Shown here in pieces: positions 51,090-63,234 of a stretch of DNA of 64,000 bases. Source of the DNA: Podarcis vaucheri (lineage: Eukaryota); the NCBI GenBank assembly GCA_965113315.1, contig OZ220370.1. One strand, given 5' to 3'. The notes beneath the pieces are model-generated. The model was not told where the DNA came from and did not search any database. It saw only the letters and a program-made list of their open reading frames with translations. Numbering within the stretch: the first letter of the stretch is position 1; each line of letters starts with the position of its first letter. Both the position numbers and the translations under genes were made by a program.

Positions 51090-51720
51090 CGAGGCCACCC
51101 AGGGTCGGCGGTGGAAAGGATTCCTGGGTCGCAGGGGGGGGTTGGACTAGATGACCCTTGGAGGTCCCTTCTGTGATTGTAGGGCAGCCGCGGGAGGAGG
51201 AAGCCGCAAGAAGAAACAGCCGCGGACCACCCGCCCCCCCCCCGCAGCCAGGCGTGGCTCAGCCTCTCCCTTCCCCGCCCAACTTCGGGAGATGCCCTCC
51301 CGGAAGCGGCCCTCCCTCTCCCCCCGCCGCCGCCTCCTCCCCCGCGCCCATGCCAGTACCTGAACCCGCAGAGGCGGGTTGGATGGGGCCGCGGCGGGGA
51401 AGAGGAGCGCAGGCAGCCGGACACCGTCGCTCCGGCCCCCGCCGCCGCCGCCGCTCCCCCTCAAGCGGGCAAAATGGCGGGGAGCGCCGAGCTCATCGAG
51501 CCGCCGCCGCCGCCGCGCGTCGGGTTGGTTGCTCGGCGCTCTTGTGGTTCCGCCTGGCGCCGCTCGCCGCGGCTTGGAAGCGGCCTTTCAAAGCGGGAGC
51601 TGGCGGCGCTGGCGCTGCCTTTGCCTTGCGCGGGCGGGGCAGGCGCGAGCCACGTCGGCCCTGCTGCGCGCATCGAGCTAGAGACCTTTCCAGGGATCCA
51701 GGCGCTGCTCTGGGCATGCT
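51090..51720. promoter_or_regulatory. CpG-island housekeeping promoter of SLC35B3
   Basis: Very GC- and CpG-rich with (GCC)n runs. YY1 motif CAAAATGGCGG at 51470-51480, ETS-like CCGGAAG at 51300, NRF1-like palindrome TGCGCGCA at 51665-51672. Confidence 0.88.
51360..51500 (-). other. SLC35B3: Probable non-coding exon 1 of SLC35B3; TSS approximate
   Basis: Donor CAG|GTACTG at 51360 inside the CpG island. No in-frame ATG lies between the TGA at 51463-51461 and this donor. Confidence 0.6.
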
Positions 51721-51844
51721 TCCCCTCATCCTTCTCCACCACCTTGATGTCTAGACTTCTTCCTCTTCCTCCTCCTCCTCTTCCTCTTCTTCTTCAATTT
51801 TTAATGCCTTATGTTTTACTACACACACACACGCATAAAAATAA

Positions 51845-52060
51845 TTTTTATTAAATTTTCTGTTTTGCAATTTAAAATGCTCATTTTAACATCCTTAAAA
51901 TATCAGTGATTTCCCTTCTCTTTCCACGGTTCTTTTTGCACATCACAAATCCCTGCATAATTTACAAAAACCAAAACGTTCAATATTCCATTATTGCATC
52001 CATCAAAACTAATTTACACTGCTGGATTTAGCTTAATGCTGCCAACGTTTTCAGGTGTAC
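51845..52060 (-). mobile_element. Probable L1 3' end
   Basis: TTTTATT/T-tract end and L1 3' UTR-like composition. Confidence 0.5.
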
Positions 52061-52318
52061 ACCATTATTTCTTCTCTGAAAGTATGTTCTTATTGTTCTC
52101 TTATGCTATATGTTAAGTCTGCAAGCTTAAATTGCATTTTCTGTCAGCTTAAGTTGCCATTCTTTGGTTGGGACCTTCCTTGTTTTGGGGCTAACAAAAA
52201 AAAAAAAAAGTTTTTACAACTTTTTATCTGCTGTAAACTGCCCAGAATGGGTAGGGAAACCCAGCCAGATGGGCGGGGGATAAATATCATCATCATCATC
52301 AACAACAACAACAATTCA

Positions 52319-52463
52319 GCCTAGCTCAGTTGGTAGAGTATGAGACTCATAATTTAAGCCCCAAATTGGGCAAAAGTTTCCTGCATTTGCAGGGGGTTGG
52401 ACTAGGTGGTCCTTATGATTCCTTCCAACTCTAGGATTCTATTATTATTATTATTATTATTAT
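52319..52463 (+). mobile_element. tRNA-Lys/CR1-tail SINE, second copy, followed by (ATT)n
   Basis: TAGCTCAGTTGGTAGAGTATGAGACTC...TTGGACTAG...CCTTCCAACTCTAGGATTCT. Confidence 0.75.
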
Positions 52464-53566
52464 TCATGTCCCTGGGGCTAAACGGTTTGTGTTGATTGCT
52501 GCTGGGACTGAAATGCTTTGCATGTCACAGAAGAAACTTTTCAGAATAGCTTTCCACTTATGCAGGTTGTCCAACCCTGGTTCCTGTGCCTCCTGACCTG
52601 GGAGTAAGTCTTGTTGAACCCGGGCTCATTTCTTTCTCCTGGGACACCTTTCAGGTCACTTGCCATTCTGGATAAAGTGAGGGGCAGTCGGTGGTTTTAT
52701 ATCATTCGTACTTTTGAACATTTCATCCAGGTCACTTGTCATTCTGGACAAATCATTGTTTATTATTATTAGTTTTATTTATTAAATCTCCAGGCCGCCC
52801 GTCATTGGTAGATCTCAGGGCAGTTCGCAGCATAAAATTACACCATAAAAAGCACAAAATACATAATAAAAGCAAAGCCCCCTCCCTCCCACATCACATT
52901 TAAACGGGCATCAGATGTCAATTGGCCAAAGGCCTGGTTGAAGGTCACCTGGGACCTAAAGGTGTATAATGATGGCGCCAGGCAAACCTCCCTGTGGAGA
53001 GCATTCCACAAATGGAGCCAAATAAGTGAATTTATATGATTTGTTCAATCACTGTGCAGCCCTGATTAACAACTGGGAAAACCGTTGCACTGAATTTGAA
53101 GCGCCATCTTACAGGGCAAGTGTATGCATTAAGAAATAAGTCCCGTTGTACAATTATTCCATGCAGCCTTCGCCAGCATGCTGTCCCCTGCATCCCACAG
53201 CTCTGGGGTACAGTATGGTTTCAATTTGGACAGGGGACCGTATGTTGAGATTCCTGCATTGCAGAGGGATGGACTAGATGACTCTCAGGTGACCCTCAGG
53301 GTCCCTTCCAACTCTACAGTTCTGTGATTCTGTGATTCTATGCTGCTTTGCTAGATAACAGCAAAACGGCGAATTCAAAGTTATGTGCAGCTTGAAAATG
53401 GCGTAGCATTGAATGGGCTGGGAGTTAATGGAATTGATGGCATACTTGGAAGGGAAAAAAGAAATAACTTTCTCTGGATTCAGACTCCACATTTGCCATA
53501 TTACCCTTCCTTCAGCGAGCTTCAAAATGTATAGTTGAGATTCCTAGCAATTCGTCCATTTGTGTA

Positions 53567-54002
53567 GCAGATGAAGGTGATTGACTACATGGAATTGGCA
53601 GAAGACTGGCAGAATCCGAGACCAGGGAGAAGAGATGGTGAAAGAAGACTGGAAGAAATTTAAAGACTATTTACAGAAATATTGTAAAATTAATGAATGC
53701 TAGAAGGATGTTGGATAGAAACTAAGGGGTTTCCAGCTGTAATGCTTTAGGAGATACGAGAAAAAAAAGGTTTACAAATGGGTAAAAGCTTAATGGTAGG
53801 GATTTGCTGAACTAACAAATTGAAGTGGAATACAAAGAAGGGAGGTATGAGGAGGTCTGGGGAAATAAGTGTAAGGAAGATATGTTATGGAAAACTATTT
53901 GTTTTTAAACTGTTTTTATGTTGTATTTTGTTTCTTTTTATTTTTCATTTTCATTGTTATATTTTAAAAAAAAACACCTTTAATAAATATCTTTTTTTAA
54001 AA
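53567..54002 (+). mobile_element. 5'-truncated L1 (ORF2 C-terminus and 3' UTR)
   Basis: 21-bp TSD AGCAATTCG(T/C)CCATTTGTGTA at 53546-53566 and 54003-54023. Translation DYMELAE...EDWKKFKDYLQK, then AATAAA and an A tail. Confidence 0.88.
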
Positions 54003-54999
54003 AGCAATTCGCCCATTTGTGTATTCCATGTTGGAAAAGGAACTAAACTAAGCATTCAGTCCATTCTCTGGCTCTTCAGTAGAAGAACTAGATAAAGCTA
54101 TTAGCAGTCGAGTCTTCGCTTCCATGGGTGTCTATGTCTGCACCCTCCAGGCAGAGTCTTGTTTGTTTTCAAACAATGAAGAATGGGATTCTCTGAATGT
54201 AAGCCAAAGTTTGCAATATGAGGTGTAACTGAAACCCTGCAAAAGTCTGATGTTCCTGGATCTAGATATTTTGCAGAGACTGAAAAGGAAGTAAACATTT
54301 CTAGGCCAGAAAGCAAATATACGATGGGATTATGAGTGACTCTCTTGTCCTTAGATGCTCCAGAACAGGTGGGAAGTAGATAGTATAAAAAAGATGTTAT
54401 GTGACAATATGAAAGTCAAGGTCTGGTTTGGTGGATGATAAACATATCTGAAAGTGAATAAGGAACTTGGGAATGATGATACTATATTGGTTCTGATTTG
54501 AGAGGACAGCTGATAATATTCATAATCTCCTTTGAAGAAATCTTTATGCGCCATAGGCTCTTTTTCCCCACCATCGACCAAGTCTCTTTTCCCCATAATT
54601 CCAAAAGCAATCTATTGGGAAGAGAAGTAACTCCGCAGGTTTTCACCTCTCAAGAGTTATTCCATCAGCTAAGGGAGGTGTCATAGTGTATTCATGTAGG
54701 AGGTGACCCAGTCAAATTCCTATTTCCTGCATGCCAGCTTCCCCCACCTTTCTGGAACTCCTGGCATAAAATAAATAGCTTTGAACATGCTTTTGCTTCC
54801 GTTCACCTTTCACCTGATGTTGGTTTCAGAAATATATCCCAAGTTCCACATTTGTCAGTGGGGGCTCTGCTATGTAAATGTATTGACTAGCTAGGATCAT
54901 CTGTTGACTATGGTCACCAAACCATCATACAGACCTTAGGAAAATCACTCATTTATTTTCTTGAACCGCTCTCACTTTACTCCTTACTCTTGAACGGCT

Positions 55000-55235
55000 G
55001 GCATCCATCTGTCTTCGGAGACAGTGGCGAAGGGTACCTTTGGAGGTGAAGTCAAACTGTTGGAAGGTTACAGCGCCTGCTGTGGCTGTAGAGACTGATA
55101 AAGGAGAGGCATGTTTTGTTGCAGCAGGGGCAGATGAAGGCGTCTGCTTGTGCTGTTGCAGGTGCACCATGGCCTTTCTTCTCTCTTCGCTCCTCCCAGC
55201 GGTCATTTCTCCTCTGGTCACTGCACATTTGAACC
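55000..55235 (-). mobile_element. RTE-clade LINE 3' end (non-BovB)
   Basis: C2H2-like C-terminus FICPCCNKTCLSFISLYSHSRRC, then a GACAGATGGATGCC end. Confidence 0.75.
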
Positions 55236-55744
55236 ACATTTCCCCCCTAAAAGTATTCTGGACACTAGTTCACCCCTCGCAGAGTTATAATTCCCAACAA
55301 TGCCTAACTACCATGCCCAGAATTCTTTGAGGTGCAAAGTGTGCTTTAAAGCTATCTCTGTGTGTACAGCCTGACTCATTTGTCCAACCAGCTGGGGTCC
55401 ATGCTATAAATGTGAATGGCAGAATGCTTGGGAATAACGGTTAAGTTCATCTGGCAGTAACCAGCCATTTTGGGTGTTATGATCTTGCACAATTTTGCAC
55501 CAAGATCTGGCCTCCCCCAAAAGCACATTTTTTTCGGGGCAGCGTTCTCGCATGGTGCCCCCAAATGTATGGCCCTGAAAAAAGTGTATCTTTTGGGCTA
55601 CATGATCTTGTGTGGGTCATGTGACCTCTACAGGCTGGGAATGGTTTGGGGACTCAACATGTTAGAGTTGTACGCACTCTGTGTGATATACTGTGCTCTG
55701 CAGGAGAGGGCCTCTTGCCGATACCATCTGATGAGAAGGTCCAT

Positions 55745-56290
55745 TCCATACAATAAAGGAATAGGACTGCCAGTTAGATACCAAGCTAAGTTCAAGGTGC
55801 TGTCACCAGTGTACAAAGCCCTATACAGCTTGGACACACCTAAAAGATTCTTTACCTAAAATATTGTATCATCCTTTAGATACCCAACTGATCACTGTGT
55901 TCTGCAGAATAGGGCCTCCTGTAGATAGCATGTTATTGGGAGGTCCGTTCCATATGGCATATGAATCGGGTCTTTTGCGTGGTGGTACCTCCCCTTTGGG
56001 GATTCCCTCCCATTAGACAAGTGCTGTCTCTGTTGCCTTTTGGCAACTCAAGTCCTTCCTTTTCCAACAAAGCTTTTAAGTGGAGATCTTTATCCCAACC
56101 TGCATCTTTATTGGACCTGTTTTAACTGTTTTTATATATGCAATTGTTTTGAATTGTTTTATACATGGAACTGATTTCTTTATTGCTTTTACCTTGTTTA
56201 TGGTCGGAATTGTTTTCTAGTTGTGCATGTCATAGTTGTAACCTGCCTTGGGACATTACGGTAAAGGAAGATTAAGAAATTTCATACATA
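55745..56290 (+). mobile_element. Old L2 fragment
   Basis: LPVRYQAKFKVL..YKALYSL resembles the L2 ORF2 C-terminus. Confidence 0.6.
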
Positions 56291-56920
56291 AATATGTATT
56301 AATGAGCTGACATCTGAATGCATACCCTTATTTGTTTATCAAGTTTGGCTTCATCCTACTTGTTTTGCAGAAGTGCCAAAACTGATTCCGTGTCACAGGG
56401 TTGAGTTGTGAACATTGTTCCTCCTGATACAGCTCTCAAATAAAGATTTATCAAATAAATCACAGTAATGGCCCTTTAGGATTTATTGCCAGGAGAGGTG
56501 GACATGGAGAGCAATGTTGCCTACAAACCTGGATTAAATCCTCTGGTATGATAGGCTAATGAATTCACATTTTTATTCTGTACATAATTCTTTCATTCAT
56601 CATGGAGTATTAATTGTCCCCCATAGAATGCCTACTGCGGTCTTTTCAAGGTTTTCTTCTTCTTCTTCTAAAAAAAGATAAACTGTTTGTTGAAATTAAT
56701 GTGTTACGGGTGTACAACAGCAGGACCCCTTAAGAACTTAAAAAGCATGAATAAATGGATTCCAATTACCACCTAATGTAGGTAATAGGTTTATGGTACT
56801 TAGAGGATTGGATCTGTTCTCCGAGAGCCTGCAGACATTAGGAGCCCCTGATGGCCAGCTTGCAATGTCGACATTATGGAGTGATTTTTACTTTACTGCC
56901 TTTTCCATCAGATCATCCCC

Positions 56921-57068
56921 NNNNNNNNNNNNNNNNNNNNNNNNNNNNNNNNNNNNNNNNNNNNNNNNNNNNNNNNNNNNNNNNNNNNNNNNNNNNNNNN
57001 NNNNNNNNNNNNNNNNNNNNNNNNNNNNNNNNNNNNNNNNNNNNNNNNNNNNNNNNNNNNNNNNNNNN
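56921..57068. other. N run (148 nt)
   Basis: Read directly. Confidence 0.99.
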
Positions 57069-57184
57069 CTCTAGCAGCCCCCACTGCACTTTATGACACT
57101 TAAATGGCTGGCCTACAATTTCTCCATCTATTCACAAAATGCTGTTAATAACTCATTTCCAAAGAGGCCCTTCTTTATGTCGTG

Positions 57185-57379
57185 NNNNNNNNNNNNNNNN
57201 NNNNNNNNNNNNNNNNNNNNNNNNNNNNNNNNNNNNNNNNNNNNNNNNNNNNNNNNNNNNNNNNNNNNNNNNNNNNNNNNNNNNNNNNNNNNNNNNNNNN
57301 NNNNNNNNNNNNNNNNNNNNNNNNNNNNNNNNNNNNNNNNNNNNNNNNNNNNNNNNNNNNNNNNNNNNNNNNNNNNNNN
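57185..57379. other. N run (195 nt)
   Basis: Read directly. Confidence 0.99.
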
Positions 57380-58804
57380 GTGTATGCCTGTTGCTGGAGC
57401 AGCCATTAATCAACCGAGATGGATTTGTGTAATCTGTCTTCTTTCTTATTCTGGGATTCCAATAAATATTGAAATAATAATTTATTGATTACCCTGCAAT
57501 ATAAATGTGTAGTAAAGGGACCCAAGATATTTGCATGGTAATGCATTTTGAAAGCTCTTGGCATTCTGTAGGTATGAGAAAAGGGGAGCCGTAACACAAA
57601 GCAAGGGAATGTTTCTTCACAGGACACCAAATTTAATGTCAGTCGGCCACGGAGGCCTTCCCCCCCCCCCAGAATCGTAGAACTGGAAGGGAGGACCTCT
57701 TGGATACGGCAAAGCATAAAGTCTTAACAGCAGCACTGTTACCCTCAGCTAAAGCAGAATGTCAGCAATAAAGCAGAACTGTCCAATAATTTGTCTACTG
57801 TACAAATATAGAAGAGTTTGAATCACTCGCCACCCCTCCCGTAGTTCTCTGTGGGGGCATTTTAGTACTTCGCGGCTCGTATCAAAAAATGGCAAAGACT
57901 TAACTGAGTGCTCAGTGACTATGCTGCTCTGAAATCCTTCGCTACATAACTCCACCTTCCTGTACTGTGTCCACCTCCCTCCTTCTCTCTCACACACAGC
58001 CTAGTGGTGAGATAAATGTCCGTAAAAATTCAGCACGCCTTCAGGGAAGGGAAACGAATGCATCTTTTTACCATATCATTGCTTCACCAGATTCCGAGAC
58101 TTGCCTCGCTTGCGGCAAAAGCTAGAGTTGTCCTTAGGGCTTGAACACATTTCTTTAAGCAATGATGACAGATATTCATTGCACCTCCTAAGCACAGTAG
58201 CCCTTTGTTATTTGGCCAGCGGTGGCTCCTCATTTGGATTTTGCATTGCGCCAATATCCAATATCTTTTGACAAAGGGGAATGAGGAAAAAGCCCTTGCC
58301 AAAAATAGCGGGCAGCAGTTCAGACTCTTAAAAACGTGTGCACACACAACTACCACACAAAAGGAAGCACAGTGAAGCTCTACTCTGAGACAGTGCTGGT
58401 ACAAAAAAAAGGCATCACAGGATTTGCCCCTGCTGGTGCCCATAGGGAAGTGATTAAGAGGTGCCTAGACTGAAAAATGTAGAGAAGGGGCAGTGTTGGA
58501 GGTGGGCTAGCTAGCAAGGACTGGGGCAGCTTGAATACACACATCACAGGTTTAGGGCTAATCTGAAGTGCATCCAACACAAATTTAAAGCCTATGATTT
58601 ACCCCCAAAGAATCCTGGGATTTGTAGTTCCCTTCCTCACAGACCTACAGTTCATAATATCCTTAACTAACTGCAGTTCCCAAGGTTCTTTAGGAGAGAG
58701 TCCTGTGCTTCAGATGTGTGTTGGATGTGCTTTAAATGTTGGGATGTGTTGCCAGTGTACCTTAGGACACAGCTAATTGAGCCGGCAGGCTGGACAGTTT
58801 CGGA

Positions 58805-59170
58805 GCTCCTCAGTTTTTAGATTTTTAAATTGCTATACTATACATCATCTGAATATCTAAGAAAGAAAGAATACAGGATAAAAACATAAATAAATAGTTA
58901 GAACAAAACAAAGCAAAACAAAAAACCCCAACCCCCAACACATTTAAAAGGTTTGTAGAATATCAATCAGCCAAAGGTCCGGTTGAAGAGGAACATTGTT
59001 GCCTGGTGCCTAAAGATGTTTAATGAAGGTGCCAGGCAAACCGCCCTGGGGAGTGCATTCCACAAATGGGGAGCCACTGCAGAAAAGGACTGTTCTCATG
59101 TTGCCACTCTCCAAAACCTCTGGTGGAGGAGGCACATGAAGAAGGGCCTCTGATGATGATCACAGAGGCT
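58805..59170 (-). mobile_element. Old L2 3' fragment (related copy at about 52760-53020)
   Basis: GGGAGTGCATTCCACAAATGGGGAGCCAC motif shared between the two copies. Confidence 0.6.
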
Positions 59171-59171
59171 A

Positions 59172-60560
59172 GGGGACTTCCGGGGTGGCGCCATCGGCAA
59201 TGGTGGACTCCCTCTGAACTGGAGGGACTAGCTCTGCGTGAAACGGGTCTTTTCCGCTACGGCGAAGCGGGGACCCAGCTAAAAATCACAGGTGGATGAA
59301 GCCTGTGACCATGGGACTTGGCGTGCACCTTAACGCCCCCCAACCCGCAAAGGAACCCACTAACGGGCTCCGAAGTGAAGAGGGGGAAGTGGTGCGGTGC
59401 TGTGAGTCAACTGCTATTTCCGTGGAGCGAAGCCGTCAGCCGTTGCCGGAGAGCGCTGCCTTTTTCCTGGGACAATTTGGCTTCTAAAATAAGCACCCGT
59501 GAGTACTTAAACTTTGAACAATCAGACTTTAAATAAGGACTTGCGAGAAGAAAGGAATTGGACTTAAAAATTTACTTTAATTTGGTACTGAAACGGGAAG
59601 GTCTAAACAGGAAGTCAGCCTTCCATTTCTTTGTAGACAGAGTAAAGCAAAGACAACGTAAACTAGAGCTCAGAAAATCGCTTCTAAAGGATTGGCTTTC
59701 ATCATTTAAAATTGTTGAACCCCACTTCGGCAGCAGGAGAAGGAGGATCTTTTTTGGACTGTTTAAACCTGCAGAAGTGAGTTTAAAGTAAAGTAACTTT
59801 CCACCGTCCTGATCCTGGAGCGGGGTGTCAGGACTGACGTTTTGAAGCTCATTGAAGCTCATTGACCAGAGACAAACGTTTTTGACAGATAGTTAAAGGA
59901 AGAGAAACATAGTGATTCCATTGTTTCCTTTCGCACTTTAAAGGAACAAATATTGACAAAATATCTCAAAAAAGATACTTTGTTGCAAGAGCAAATAGAA
60001 GTTCTCCCCCTAGAGGGAGACTGTGAAACTGTAACTAATTCCAGGGAGCTTGCAGCTGTTTCAGATTACAATCGTGGGAATGGATTTGTGACCTTGTAGG
60101 ACAATGTATTCAGAGGCTCTGTTGTGTGCTCTCTGTAAAACAAGTGCCCTACTGGAACAATTAAGTGAGAAGATGGATTTGATGACTAATGTGGCCAGAA
60201 TTTTTGAACAGGCAGTGGGAAACTATGTGGAGCCCACCCAGGAATTAGATCAGGAGTGTGTCCTGACAGAGCAGATGAGAGAAGAGGATGTTGCTGAATC
60301 TTGGGCGCCAGAGATGGAGGGAGCTGTGGCCTTGCAGGAACAAGAGCTTTTGGATTTGACAAATGAACTTGGAAAAAGCCAGATTTGGAAAGATAAAGTT
60401 TGGACTGGTCTGGAAATGGGGGGTTGGATAGACCCCCCCTATGCAAGGATGTTTGGACTTTCCGAGTCTGGCAATGGGCCGTGAGATGTTTGGAGCTGTG
60501 GGGGCTCTCAATTTCGGAGGGATTCTGAAACAAGGGATTGTGTCATGAGGCGTTTAACTG
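59172..60560 (+). mobile_element. L1-related element 5' part with an ORF1-like frame (60104-60484); 3' end unclear
   Basis: GGGGACTTCCGG...ATGG start, CpG-rich 5' region and an acidic, helix-prone 126-aa ORF. Confidence 0.55.
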
Positions 60561-60661
60561 GAATAGCTCAGGTTGCTGTTAAAGGCTTAAAGTGTCACAA
60601 AAGGGGTCACCAGGCAGAACAGAAAGGAAAACAAATACATGTTCCACTTGGCTCCCAGTAC

Positions 60662-61392
60662 TACTTGGACTACAGCAATGAACTCTACGTGGGGCTACCT
60701 TTGAAGGTGACTCGAAAATTACAACTAATACAGAATTGGCGGGTAGACTGGTGAATGGGAGCAGCCGCCAAGACCATATAACACCGGTCCTGAAATACAG
60801 TGGAACCTCAGGTTACAGACGCTTCAGGTTACAGACTCCGCTAACCCAGAAATAGTACCTTGGGTTAAGAACTTTACTTCAGGATGAGAACAGAAATTGC
60901 GTGGCAGCGGCACAGCGGCAGCGGGAGGCCCCATTAGCTAAAGTGGTACCACAGGTTAAGAACAGTTTCAGGTTAAGAACGGACGTCCAGAACGAATTAA
61001 GTTCTTAACCCAAGGTACCACTGTACCTACATTGACTCCCAGTATTTCCCCAAGGACAATTCAAAGTGTTGCCTTCAAAGCCCTAAAAGGTCTTGGCCAA
61101 GTATACCTGAAGGAGCGTCTCCACCCCCCATCGTTCAGCCAGGACACTGAGATCCAGCACTGAGGGCCTTCTGATGGTTTCCACACTGCATGAAGGGAAG
61201 CTACAGGGAGCCAGGCAGAGGGCCGTCTCAGTAGTGGCGCCCTCCCGGTGGAACACCCTCCCATCAGATGTTAAGGAGATGAGTAATTATATAATGTTTA
61301 GGAAGGCAGCCCTGTATAGGGGAGCTCTTTAAAGTTTAATGTTTTAGCCGCTCAGAGTGGCTGGGGCAACCCAGTCAGATGGATGGGATACA

Positions 61393-61439
<47 letters not shown>

Positions 61440-61452
61440 TACTACTACTACT
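60662..61452 (+). mobile_element. L2 3' fragment interrupted by a T1 MITE, with a (TAT)n(TAC)n tail
   Basis: Translation LDYSNELYVGLPLKVTRKLQLIQN and an L2 3' end. Confidence 0.85.
60798..61023 (+). mobile_element. MITE family T1
   Basis: TIRs and TA TSD. Confidence 0.92.
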
Positions 61453-62982
61453 AGGGCTGAAAGCGTGTCTTCAGAGAATGCTTCTGACCAGCAGATTGGC
61501 AGTTGCAGCAACCTTCTTCCAAGGACTTATGGTGAAATATCGCTACAAGAAAACTCATAATGCAGGACAACTCTCAGCCGGAAACATATGCAAGGGACTA
61601 CAGACAACTCCCCATTTCCCTGGGGGTTGCGTTCTGAGTCAAGGCCTGCATCGGTGGGGCGTTCATAAGCCAACCCCCATCCTGCCCCCATTCCTCCCTC
61701 TTCCGGGTCAAAAAGGACCTGCACGTTGGCACTCATGCGTCATTCAGATGCATTTAAAATGGTTGCCACCAGTACGCATTACCAGTACGAACCTGATGAA
61801 ACTCAGAAAGTCTAATCAAACGATAATGTTTTGTTTGTTTGTTTGGCATAATAACCTTCCAGCTCCACCAGCCTTACAGCTTCTCTAAGATCTGTTATCT
61901 TAAAATATGCACACAGGATTTCTGTCAGCTACTATCTGTGTCTCTTGCTTCACCACCAGTCCTACAAAAATGCACTTTGTTGCAAAGTGCAGCTACCACC
62001 GTTCTATCCAATCACAAATCATTGATGCAGTGTATTTTGAAGTTCCATAACAACACATCATAGTTTTCAGTAAATGCCTCTGATCTGGATAACTCTGAGG
62101 TATAGATATGGTGTACCGAGAAAATTGCCCTGCGCACATCTTTTCTTCTAGTGTCTTGCTGATAAGGTTAAAAAGATGGTGAAATGAAATCTCCTAAGGA
62201 ACACAATAGATCATTTTAATATGACTTTGGAGGAGAGGGAGGGTGCTGGTGTTTCCTGCCCCATCTGCAAACGGAAAAGTCAAAACAGTTCATTTCTTTT
62301 AGGACGTGTACCTCCAAGTCTCCCACAGAAATGGTTATGAAAGGAAGCTGAGTGACTGCTTTAACACGCCTTAGAAATAGACATAAGGGGTATGTATCAT
62401 ATGTTAATCCAATTCACATTTTAAATCGTTTTGTACAAGTGAGACCTGCGGCACAATGTAGCAGTGCGGCATGCTTCTGTTTCTAGAATTCTTCATTTTG
62501 CTTTCTCCCCACTCTTAAACTCCAAATACTCAGCATTTAGTATATATGTAAACCACTTTGAGGATGTGTTCTTGTTTTTTAAAGCAACCAAGTGACATAT
62601 AAATTTTATGAAATAATAATAACAGTAATAAAGACAGTTTTCATGGTATCTTAATTTTTTATTCAGGTACCCAAACTGAATGATGATTTCTGTAACGTAA
62701 TTAATACTAATTAATACGAAAACCTAATCAGATCTAGGCCTTATTTTGGTCCAATTTCCAGTGTCAGCATATACGTTGCATACATCCTTTCTGTGCGATG
62801 TTGCTAATCTCCCTCTGTCCAATCTGGAATATAGTTAACCAGAAAAGGGTGACTCTTCACATGAGTTGTCCACAGCTATCCATGCTTGCTCATATTGAGA
62901 TGCTCTTTGCACTTCTCACTTCAGAAAGGAAGAGAGTGGGTGTTCAACTCTGGCACCCAATGAAATTTGGATATGTTTAAGG

Positions 62983-63234
62983 CAGGGGTCAGCAAACTTT
63001 TTCAGCAGGGGGCCGGTTCACTGTCCCTCAGACCTTGTGGGGGGCCAGACTATATTTTTTGGGGAAAAAGAAGAACGAATTTCTATGCCCCACAAATAAC
63101 CCAGAGATGCATTTTAAATAAAAGCACACGTTCTACTCATGTAAAAACACGCTGATTCCCGGACCGTCCGTGGGCCGGATTTAGAAGGCGATTGGGCCAG
63201 ATCTGGCCCCCGGGCTTTAGTTTGCCTACCCATG
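62983..63234 (+). mobile_element. hAT MITE family H1
   Basis: Perfect 8-bp TSD GTTTAAGG and termini CAGGGGTCAGCAAAC...GTTTGCCTACCCATG. Confidence 0.92.

Larger units (their letters stand above)
28035..51500 (-). other. SLC35B3: SLC35B3 gene span (adenosine 3'-phospho 5'-phosphosulfate transporter 2); both ends approximate
   Basis: Nine coding exons with GT-AG boundaries join in phase: 201+122+155+108+98+93+112+70+151 = 1110 nt. The product is a PAPST2-like protein, MDLKFNSSRKY...RTLSQTV. Confidence 0.97.

Noticed and set aside
51068-51854. Several overlapping 70-198 aa ORFs
   Set aside because: Stop-codon scarcity in a CpG island, low-complexity Ala/Arg/Pro/Gly content and no recognisable domain.
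12799-57488. ORFs containing long X runs
   Set aside because: Artefacts of translating through N runs.
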